12,807 nt of DNA, taken from UHGV virus genome UHGV-1674620. One strand, 5' to 3'. The first letter of the stretch is position 1; the number at the start of each line of letters is the position of its first letter. Below the pieces are notes generated by a model. That model did not search any database, was not told the origin of the DNA, and saw only the letters and a program-made list of their open reading frames with translations. Origin of the DNA: a virus. Positions 1 to 6,261 of the stretch are shown in pieces. A program made the translations under genes and the position numbers.

Positions 1-77
1 CTAATCGCCTGATGCTTTCTTTTTCAGCAACGGGAAAGCAACAACCACCACACCCACCAGCCGCCCATTTACCACAA

Positions 78-103
78 ATAAAAAAGCCTTCACTGCGGAA
101 GGC
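78..103 (-). terminator. Putative rho-independent terminator
   Basis: Minus strand reads GCCTTC-CGCAGT-GAAGGC followed by TTTTTT (plus 80..85 is AAAAAA); the stem overlaps the TGA stop (92..90) of the upstream small ORF. Confidence 0.4.
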
Positions 104-287
104 GTCTGTAACAACCGAACTGATAGTCTGCCAGACCCGCCATAACCAGCTGGGTCAGTATTAACTGGCAGCGTTCGCGTGAAAGGTAAGTATTCTGCGC
201 AATCTCCCCGACTGTCGCCGGTTCGGTGGCACTTAATTCATTAAACACCACTCTGGCGGTTTCTGTCATATCCTGCTGTTTTAGCAT
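90..287 (-). CDS. Hypothetical small protein, about 65 aa from the second ATG (open frame extends to 311); not hydrophobic, so not holin-like
   Basis: Track ORF 90..311. The ATG at 287 is preceded by AAGGGA about 7 nt upstream; the ATG at 311 has no Shine-Dalgarno. A terminator hairpin sits at the stop. Confidence 0.4.
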   Translation of the reverse strand: MLKQQDMTETARVVFNELSATEPATVGEIAQNTYLSRERCQLILTQLVMAGLADYQFGCYRRLPQ

Positions 288-407
288 GTCTTTTTCCCTT
301 CTGGTTAACATGACATACCAATAACTCTTGTCTAAAAAGCCAGCAAGATAAAAAGTCAGTATTCACGACCACCAGCGTGTTTACTGTACTGCACCAAGTT
401 TACAGGT

Positions 408-434
408 ACAAAAAACCCGCTCAGTGGCGGGTTT
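408..434 (-). terminator. Rho-independent terminator downstream of the accessory gene 564..1181
   Basis: Perfect 8-bp stem AAACCCGC/GCGGGTTT (416..420 and 427..431 core) with a 6-nt loop; on the minus strand it is followed by TTTTTTG (plus 410..415 is AAAAAA). Confidence 0.5.
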
Positions 435-563
435 AAGTTGTGTGGCGAAGTAACCACTCTTAACACACTAATAGCATTTTTGTTATAACACAAGTAGCTC
501 ATTCAGTATTTTTAGAATCTTGACTTTCTTAAGCACGGCGAACTCTGAATACCAAACATAAAA

Positions 564-1181
564 TCAATTATCTTCCAGGCCGGATGCTATCAACGAAAGC
601 CTCTCAAAAAACGCTGTAGCAGCCTTGTCCAAAGTTGAATAAGTACTGTATTCTCCGTGTTCGGGACCAACCACTACCCATGGTCGTCTTTTTGGGATTC
701 GGGACTTCTCAGAAATCACTGTTCCAGATATACCAATATCAATTGTTACACCTGTTATTATTTTCTCTTCATCTCTTTCCCTGAACTCAATTGCCATAAA
801 TGCCGTTTTTTTTCGTTTCCCGTTTTTAAAAAAATCAAATAAAGCAAAGCGATGCTCATTAAAATCAACACCCCATCGTCCTTCAGGATAAAGGGCATGA
901 AAGTTGTCATTTACGCTCTGCATCGTCTCATAAGCTTTAACTTCTAAATCTCCATAGTGCATAGATATCGCGCAGGAGTCACTGGGTAACTGTATTTTCC
1001 CAAGATTGAAAACCTTTACTGCTCCAGAACTATGGCATCTTGCCCGCAATTTATCCCCATTTATACTAATCGGAGAAATATTCCTTAATGTTCCGGGCTG
1101 GCTCCCTCCTAAGTAAACGACTGTTAAAGATTGCTTATTTTCAATTGCATCAACTAATACATGCTCTACATTTTTATCCAT
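564..1181 (-). CDS. Hypothetical accessory (moron) protein, 205 aa from MDKNVEH; N-terminal region loosely resembles a WYL-type ligand-binding domain; AT-rich
   Basis: Track ORF 564..1208. The internal ATG at 1181 has GGGAGG 5 nt upstream, whereas the ATG at 1208 is preceded by CCTCC and no Shine-Dalgarno. Visibly lower GC than flanking phage genes. Lies directly downstream of the Q-like gene and has its own terminator. Segment VVYLGGSQPGTLRNISPISINGDKLRARC...AVKVFNLGKI recalls the WYL pattern Y..R.I.P...L.A.C...F.L..I (from memory, weak). Confidence 0.55.
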   Translation of the reverse strand: MDKNVEHVLVDAIENKQSLTVVYLGGSQPGTLRNISPISINGDKLRARCHSSGAVKVFNLGKIQLPSDSCAISMHYGDLEVKAYETMQSVNDNFHALYPEGRWGVDFNEHRFALFDFFKNGKRKKTAFMAIEFRERDEEKIITGVTIDIGISGTVISEKSRIPKRRPWVVVGPEHGEYSTYSTLDKAATAFFERLSLIASGLEDN

Positions 1182-1256
1182 AATAACCTCCCAATGAACA
1201 GGTATCATCAGGAGGTTATAATAAAATATGATTATTTACTTTGATTGAATTTATTA

Positions 1257-1628
1257 CTATATGTAACAATCAATTTCTAAAGATACCCCCAACATTGCCA
1301 GACAACCGTCAATAAACCCTTCAGCTTTCTGCAGTCTGATAACAACCTGATTAAGTGATATCCCCAGTTTTACCCCCAACACCCGTAATGTAACCCCATA
1401 CACATAATACATTTCCAGTAATTCGTATTGATACGGTTCCTTTTTCTTAAGAACTGTCATCGCAGAGCTAATGATCAAGCCATCGTCATCGCTACATTGC
1501 GGGCGGGATTTTACTTTCGAAGGAATTAATCCCTTAAAACCTGCAGCAACAGATGACCATTCCACATCCTCGTGATTATTTGCCACCCATGCCCCCCAAC
1601 GTTCAAGAACCATTTGAATATCACGCAT
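1257..1628 (-). CDS. Phage late-gene antiterminator Q (Q-like, short approx. 123-aa form resembling DLP12 QuuD)
   Basis: N-terminal MRDIQMVLERWGAWVANNHEDV...AAGFKGLI...KVKSRPQC matches my memory of short Q antiterminators of E. coli defective prophages. ATG at 1628 has GGAGA 6 nt upstream; the track start at 1643 is a TTG. Position after the nin-like genes is as expected. Confidence 0.75.
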   Translation of the reverse strand: MRDIQMVLERWGAWVANNHEDVEWSSVAAGFKGLIPSKVKSRPQCSDDDGLIISSAMTVLKKKEPYQYELLEMYYVYGVTLRVLGVKLGISLNQVVIRLQKAEGFIDGCLAMLGVSLEIDCYI

Positions 1629-1645
1629 CAACTTTCTCCACAAAA

Positions 1646-2641
1646 TCAGGCCAGCACGCCTATTGCCAGCGCACGATCGATAAAACGAAATATCAGCTCC
1701 AGCTGGGAGCCATACTTCTCTTCAAATGCCACGGTATCCGCATGCAGCTCGTCGTGATGCTTTCTGCACAAAGGCAGCACGAAGAGGTCATGCGCTTTTG
1801 TACCCATTCCCCCCTGACCGTGGCCTATCAGGTGGTGGGGATCATCAGCAGGCTTTCCACAACATGCACACGGCTGCGTCTTAACCCAGCGCGTGTACTT
1901 TTCGTTAACCCAGCGGCGACGTTTTGGGCGTAACATAAAAGACTCCGGCGACTCCGGATCCACTTTCAGCGCCAGCACCTTTTTCGCTTTATTCTGGATG
2001 ATGCTGGTGGCCGGAACCGAAGGCACAAGGTCACTCTCCCGGGTGACAGACGGCACAACAGGCTTCGGTAATCTCAGTGCCTTACGGGCTGCACTTTCCG
2101 GTAAGGCATCCGCCAGATCATTACGAACCAGCCACCAGCACAGTTCCGGCATTGTCACAACGTGACTGTCATCAAAACCGAGATCCCGACGCACAACAGA
2201 CAACACCCAGCGGGCACAGTTATCCGTTGCCATTGATTCCAGCCGTTCCGTGAACTGATCGCGCAGCTGGTTATCGCAGTGCCAGCACAGACGGATTGCG
2301 CCCGGCGCGTGTCGCATTGTGGTCATGTTCTCGCTGTGCCAGTCGGAATGAGGCCACTGGCAACCTTTTTCACGAAGTAACCAGCTTTCAAGACATTCCA
2401 CGCCACCAGCACGACGGATCACTGCCTCATTGCGGAACACGGCCCGAACGGCAGGATCATCCGCCAGCGGTTGTGATGCCGCCGGAACGGCACCACTGGC
2501 GAAAGATGAATAACGCTCCGGCTCAGGCTCCAGCAGGACACGCCCCTGCATAAACAGGGGCATCAGCTCTGAACCTGGCCTGAACAATACGATCCCCATA
2601 CGCGGGGCAATTTCAGGGGTCAGTAGTGCTCTCACAGTCAC
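1646..2641 (-). CDS. DUF968-type phage protein with C-terminal Cys/His (HNH or zinc-finger-like) motif
   Basis: C-terminal CACCGKPADDPHHLIGHGQGGMGTKAHDLFVLPLCRKHHDELH (C-x2-C, HH, C, HH-x3-H) as in nin-region DUF968 proteins of E. coli prophages (from memory). Start is GTG at 2641 or 2635; stop abuts the Q-like start. Confidence 0.65.
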   Translation of the reverse strand: MTVRALLTPEIAPRMGIVLFRPGSELMPLFMQGRVLLEPEPERYSSFASGAVPAASQPLADDPAVRAVFRNEAVIRRAGGVECLESWLLREKGCQWPHSDWHSENMTTMRHAPGAIRLCWHCDNQLRDQFTERLESMATDNCARWVLSVVRRDLGFDDSHVVTMPELCWWLVRNDLADALPESAARKALRLPKPVVPSVTRESDLVPSVPATSIIQNKAKKVLALKVDPESPESFMLRPKRRRWVNEKYTRWVKTQPCACCGKPADDPHHLIGHGQGGMGTKAHDLFVLPLCRKHHDELHADTVAFEEKYGSQLELIFRFIDRALAIGVLA

Positions 2642-2642
2642 C

Positions 2643-3458
2643 TCAATGAACGGTATCGAGCAGCTTTAACAGCTCAGGAAATCGGGATTCGAAGAAATGC
2701 GGCTGCGTCTCGCGCGGATTTGCAGGACTGGTGATGTTCTTGCCGAACATGCAGCCTTTCGCGGTCAGCGACCAGAATTTTTTGATGTTGTTAATCGCGG
2801 TACGGCTGTATCGTTCGCGTTGTTCAACGATCCCCAGCTTCGCCATCTGGTGATATGCCTGATTAGCCGTCAGGCGGATACCATACTGCTTCAGCAGTGC
2901 ACTCAGCGACAGCGTAGGGCGGCTTGAACCATCTGGCGCATCAGCAGGTGCATCAATGGCATAGATCGGCATAAGTTCAGGAAGACCAGCTACCTTTGAT
3001 AATTTCTGGTATGCACCAAGTTTCGAGGAGTTTGACAGATTTAGAGTCTTTGCTGCTGATTCAAGCAGAATGACCCCGGATTTAATTTTGTCGGATGTGG
3101 TTTCTTCTGGTGATGAATTATGAAGCGCATCAAAAGTACGTATCACTTTTAAGCTGAATGCCGGGCTGATCCACATTGCATATGCATAGACCAGCTCTTT
3201 ACAGACATACGTCCCACCATTGCGCCCCTGAATGGTGATGACAGGAATACTACGGGAATCTCCCGTAGTTTCTTCTTCCAATAATTCCACAAGAGCCTTC
3301 GTTTCAGGACGACGCATAAACTCGTGAACTTCCAGCGAACGGGAGGAGCGATTCTCACCAGCGGCAAGAAGAGCAGCTTTCTGAAGGTCGTTAAGACAGT
3401 AGTTAGATTCGAAGTACTGGCGCACAGAAACGCCATCAATTACAAGCAACTGATTCAT
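2643..3458 (-). CDS. KilA-N domain protein (antirepressor or regulator-like), about 271 aa
   Basis: N-terminal region contains GTYVCKELVYAYAMWISPAFSLKVI, the characteristic KilA-N signature (A.W.SP.F). ATG at 3458 has GGAG 6 nt upstream; the track start at 3470 is GTG. Confidence 0.7.
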   Translation of the reverse strand: MNQLLVIDGVSVRQYFESNYCLNDLQKAALLAAGENRSSRSLEVHEFMRRPETKALVELLEEETTGDSRSIPVITIQGRNGGTYVCKELVYAYAMWISPAFSLKVIRTFDALHNSSPEETTSDKIKSGVILLESAAKTLNLSNSSKLGAYQKLSKVAGLPELMPIYAIDAPADAPDGSSRPTLSLSALLKQYGIRLTANQAYHQMAKLGIVEQRERYSRTAINNIKKFWSLTAKGCMFGKNITSPANPRETQPHFFESRFPELLKLLDTVH

Positions 3459-3555
3459 TGGTTTCTCCACAAATTTTTATCCACGAGCGGGACTGCACTC
3501 CCTTTTCGTTGATGCAGGATGAACTTACTGCGATTTTTAATAGTTATCAAGGATA

Positions 3556-3575
3556 CACTGTTCATAAATACAGTA
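3556..3575. promoter_or_regulatory. Candidate LexA (SOS) box upstream of the KilA-N gene
   Basis: Plus strand cACTGTtcataaatACAGTa: perfect CTGT-N8-ACAG core with AT-rich centre and matching flanks, in the 150-bp intergenic spacer about 100 bp upstream of the KilA-N ATG. Adjacent minus-strand promoter-like hexamers are TTGATA (3550..3545), 17-bp spacer, TAAGTT (3527..3522). Confidence 0.55.
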
Positions 3576-3620
3576 TCTTTAACGAGGTAATACCCAAATT
3601 TAGGGTGTTGCTCAATTCCG

Positions 3621-4016
3621 TTACCGAGTTGCTAATTTGCAACTCGCTTTTTCGTACTTACTGATAGTGATCTCGACCTTCCCTTCCGGGATAACCGGTC
3701 CCCACTCCACCAGCATTCTTTTCACCTGGCTGTCGTCTTCCCACACACCCGCGTGGGTCAGGGCGTCAAACAGCGCCTTGTTATAGTTGTCCAGATCGCG
3801 GATCCGGTTATCCGGAGGAAACAACACGATCTCCACTGAAGCAGGTGCCGACGTTGGTTTCGGCAGACGACGTAACTGCTCAACTATTGCTGCACACGCC
3901 GCGCTCTGGAATTTTCGCCCCGCCGCGCTTATCAGGCTCTTACCAGCAAACGCCCCTTTGTTGGGGTGTCGCCAGTACGTGTTCACGCTGGGCGGAAAAG
4001 GCAGTATTAGCTTCAT
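3621..4016 (-). CDS. rusA: Crossover junction endodeoxyribonuclease RusA (Holliday junction resolvase)
   Basis: 131 aa; N-terminal MKLILPFPPSVNTYWRH and ...RDLDNYNKALFDALTHAGVWEDDSQV... match the RusA family (compare DLP12 RusA LPWPPSNNRYY...[27 protein letters not shown], from memory). Start overlaps the upstream stop by 4 nt. Confidence 0.85.
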   Translation of the reverse strand: MKLILPFPPSVNTYWRHPNKGAFAGKSLISAAGRKFQSAACAAIVEQLRRLPKPTSAPASVEIVLFPPDNRIRDLDNYNKALFDALTHAGVWEDDSQVKRMLVEWGPVIPEGKVEITISKYEKASCKLATR

Positions 4017-4666
4017 GCCACCATCTCCCTGACCAGTTTTTCCGCCTGCTGGCGAACCTGCGCCAGAAATGCCTCACCACATGCCTCAAGTTCATCGCGC
4101 CCGATGTAGCTGATTGCCGGTCCCTTCCAGGTCTTGTCGAAAACAGCAATAGCACCAGCGAAGAAAGCACCTGTTGGCACCTGCTTTTCGTCTTTCGGGA
4201 TAAACCAGGCAGGCAGTTCAAAACCAATACGCCCGCGAATAAAAGCAATATGATCTGCATCTTCCGGCCACCACACTTCGCTGGTGGCAGCTTTGATCAG
4301 GAAAACATAGCGCCCGCCTTTATCACGCATGGCAGTGGCATGCTTCATGATGTAACGCATGCCGGTGATGTATTGCCCCTCATGCTGACTGGCGCGGCTG
4401 TACGGGGGATTGCCAAAGGCAGCACCTTTAAGCTCCGCAAGACGTTCTGACCAGTCATGCGCCAGCGCGTTGTCTTCCGCCGTGTAATACGCGGCACATT
4501 TGGCGTTATCACCGTCAGTGAACAGATCCAGAACAAACGGACCAAACAAGGTGTTAATTCCCCAGAAAATGTTATCCGGCGTGCGCCACTGATCTCCCAC
4601 TTCCTTCAGTTCATGGGCTGGTTTATTCCGCAGTTCCACCAGCGCCTGGCAATATTTATTACTCAT
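4013..4666 (-). CDS. Phage DNA N6-adenine methyltransferase (Dam-family orphan methyltransferase)
   Basis: 217 aa with the catalytic (D/N)PPY motif in GAAFGNPPYS; size and position after the replication gene are typical of lambdoid orphan MTases. ATG at 4666 is preceded by GGGGG. Confidence 0.8.
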   Translation of the reverse strand: MSNKYCQALVELRNKPAHELKEVGDQWRTPDNIFWGINTLFGPFVLDLFTDGDNAKCAAYYTAEDNALAHDWSERLAELKGAAFGNPPYSRASQHEGQYITGMRYIMKHATAMRDKGGRYVFLIKAATSEVWWPEDADHIAFIRGRIGFELPAWFIPKDEKQVPTGAFFAGAIAVFDKTWKGPAISYIGRDELEACGEAFLAQVRQQAEKLVREMVA

Positions 4667-4758
4667 TAAGCCCCCACGTAAAAAGCATCCGCAATGTCTC
4701 CGGAAGTACAGCCAGGATGGGCTTCAATGAATTTCTGAACTTCATTCAAAAGACTCAT
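4666..4758 (-). CDS. 30-codon mini-ORF (MSLLNEVQKFIEAHPGCTSGDIADAFYVGA), translationally coupled on both sides
   Basis: Hand-translated, below the ORF-track threshold. ATG at 4758 lies 2 nt after the TGA of the O-like gene and has AGGGGGTGA upstream; its TAA stop (4668..4666) overlaps the methyltransferase ATG as TAATG. Confidence 0.3.
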   Translation of the reverse strand: MSLLNEVQKFIEAHPGCTSGDIADAFYVGA

Positions 4759-4760
4759 GA

Positions 4761-5744
4761 TCACCCCCTGAATCCTGCCGGAATCTGGCTGTAGTCCACG
4801 TTGTCGTAACTGGCTTTGAAGTACGGGTCCTCGCGTCTGGCTGCAGATACCGCAGGAACTTCCCAGGATTCTTCGAAATGACGATCCGGACCAAAGAACG
4901 TCGACGCCTGCTTCACGAACTGGGTACCGGTATTTCCAGAGACACGCACCCAGGCGGCATAGCGTTTCACACCGTCGAGCATGGTTTCGGGTGTCACACC
5001 TTCCCTGATTCGGGCTTTCCAGGCTTTAAAAGCGGCGGATTTTGAATTACCACCAGCACGTTTGGGATATTCCTGCCAGACCTGTTCAAATTCCGGTGAA
5101 TATTCCTGTCGGGCAGAACGCGCTGGCGCAGACGCGTCAGCGGATGCATCAATAGTGTTTTTAGTCTCCGTTGTAATCTCTGTAGTAATCTCTGTATTTG
5201 TATCAACATTCGGCGTATCCCCTGTTCCGTTATGACGTCGGGGGGTGTTCCGTTTTAACGTAATAGCTGTATCGCTGATTGCATTATTGCTGTTACTTTC
5301 TGGCGAAACAGAAGAAGGTGTGGTGATGGCCGCAATTGCCTGTGGGTTGATCCCGACAAACAAAATATTGCTGCATTTCACCCCATCGAGCATTTCCACC
5401 GTGCGTAAATCCAGAGTAATAAACCCTGCATCGCGCAGACGCTTCAGCGCATCTGCGGTTTCCCTTTTCCCGAAACCAAACTGCTCAGCAAACGCCTGGT
5501 AGCTTCTTTGCAGTTTGTCGCCCTGAAAACGCTTGCGATATCCCAGCAACGCTCCGGTGTGCTCATCCCTGACCTCTGTCGGGCGGTACCAGTAAACGAT
5601 CTCTGAAAGCAGAGCGATAGCCGTCGCATCCGGACGCCCACTGGGTAGTCGAATATATTTCCACCAGGTCGCAGGTGTAACATTGCCGGAAATATTAATT
5701 TGACCAATAGCCATAACTTCCGGTGTGGGGGCGTAACGGCTCAT
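4761..5744 (-). CDS. Putative phage replication initiation protein (O-like organiser) with low-complexity central linker
   Basis: 327 aa; winged-helix-like N-terminal region (...KRETADALKRLRDAGFITLD), a central S/T/N/D-rich linker including TEITTEITTE, and a C-terminal ...FEQVWQEYPKR...AFKAWKARIREGV... region. Sits where O lies in lambdoid phages. ATG is preceded by AAGGAGG and overlaps the upstream stop as ATGA. Family assignment is tentative. Confidence 0.55.
   Translation of the reverse strand: MSRYAPTPEVMAIGQINISGNVTPATWWKYIRLPSGRPDATAIALLSEIVYWYRPTEVRDEHTGALLGYRKRFQGDKLQRSYQAFAEQFGFGKRETADALKRLRDAGFITLDLRTVEMLDGVKCSNILFVGINPQAIAAITTPSSVSPESNSNNAISDTAITLKRNTPRRHNGTGDTPNVDTNTEITTEITTETKNTIDASADASAPARSARQEYSPEFEQVWQEYPKRAGGNSKSAAFKAWKARIREGVTPETMLDGVKRYAAWVRVSGNTGTQFVKQASTFFGPDRHFEESWEVPAVSAARREDPYFKASYDNVDYSQIPAGFRG
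5161..5196. repeat. Tandem 12-bp direct repeats (iteron-like) inside the O-like gene; candidate replication origin
   Basis: GTAATCTCTGTA at 5173..5184 and again at 5185..5196, preceded by a degenerate copy TTAGTCTCCGTT (5161..5172). A further pair of 15-mers, TGTTCCGTT(A/T)T(G/A)ACG, lies at 5223..5237 and 5246..5260. Confidence 0.4.
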
Positions 5745-6040
5745 ACAACCTCCTTCCGCAGCATGAGAATTGTGTAGCCACGCGCAGGTTGTAGTCTGGC
5801 TTTTGCATCAATAGTAAGCGTTGCAATTTTTCGGATATGAAGATAACCAGCTCTTTCCAGTGCCAGGGTTTCCCTGAATATCGCTTGCTTAGAACAACAG
5901 CAGAAATCAGCAAGCACCTGATGATCAATAACTCTCTCGCCTTCACCGTCTGAAGAACCCGACATCAAAACACGCAACATAATCAGGCGCTGAATCGGGT
6001 TATCGAAAGCACATCCGCACACAAACTGAAAACAGTTCAC
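5741..6040 (-). CDS. Hypothetical phage protein, 99 aa, possible winged-helix fold
   Basis: Track ORF; GTG start at 6040 is preceded by GGGAGG 6 nt upstream; its stop overlaps the O-like ATG (ATGA). Segment SKQAIFRETLALERAGYLHIRKI looks helix-turn-helix-like. Confidence 0.45.
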   Translation of the reverse strand: MNCFQFVCGCAFDNPIQRLIMLRVLMSGSSDGEGERVIDHQVLADFCCCSKQAIFRETLALERAGYLHIRKIATLTIDAKARLQPARGYTILMLRKEVV

Positions 6041-6261
6041 GCCACACCTCCCAGACGCTTAAACATTTTTCCGGAGCAAAAGGCTATAAGCGGCATACTG
6101 ATGCGGTAATTACGGCCCAGCGGTTCACAAATCACCTTCTGACATTCACGGTCAACCAGGCTGACACGTAGAACATGCCCTGCAGGCGTGGTGTACCACT
6201 GACCAGGACGAGGACAACGGAAAGTCTGATTGGTAAACCGTTTGAAAATATTCCGGATCAT
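6037..6261 (-). CDS. Hypothetical phage protein, 74 aa, four Cys
   Basis: Track ORF; ATG at 6261 overlaps the Rha-ORF stop (ATGA) and is preceded by a G-rich Shine-Dalgarno; its stop overlaps the next gene's GTG. Confidence 0.4.
   Translation of the reverse strand: MIRNIFKRFTNQTFRCPRPGQWYTTPAGHVLRVSLVDRECQKVICEPLGRNYRISMPLIAFCSGKMFKRLGGVA

Noticed and set aside
312-563. Possible tRNA genes in the Q-downstream region, as in Stx phages
   Set aside because: No cloverleaf-compatible sequence or conserved T-arm (GTTCRANYC) seen by eye; an unaided scan cannot fully exclude one.
1182-1643. Longer N-terminal extensions of the moron (start 1208), Q (start 1643) and HD gene (start 11045)
   Set aside because: The upstream starts lack Shine-Dalgarno sequences or are TTG, whereas the internal ATGs have strong GGAGG-type sites at proper spacing.
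2003-2010. Chi sites (GCTGGTGG, also at 4280..4287 and as reverse complement at 54..61, 369..376, 2132..2139, 2403..2410, 7361..7368, 7756..7763)
   Set aside because: Chi octamers are generally over-represented in E. coli-adapted DNA; they indicate host adaptation rather than a specific feature.
1553-2553. Plus-strand ORFs (126, 90, 85 and 61 aa) opposite the DUF968 and Q genes
   Set aside because: Overlap strongly supported minus-strand genes; Arg/Pro/His-rich translations typical of antisense frames.
3477-3485. DnaA-box-like TTATCCACG just upstream of the KilA-N ribosome-binding site
   Set aside because: Single 8/9 match in AT-rich sequence; no cluster of boxes, so likely chance.
3458-3664. 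68-aa plus-strand ORF spanning the rusA/KilA-N spacer
   Set aside because: Starts at TTG with no Shine-Dalgarno, overlaps the LexA box and both flanking gene ends; only the terminal hairpin is retained as an observation.
3845-4450. 201-aa plus-strand ORF
   Set aside because: Entirely antisense to the well-supported methyltransferase and rusA genes, with no Shine-Dalgarno and a biased composition; treated as a shadow ORF.
5161-5260. Short tandem repeats as a possible CRISPR array
   Set aside because: Only two or three 12-bp units with no spacers, inside a coding sequence; no cas genes. Interpreted as iterons.
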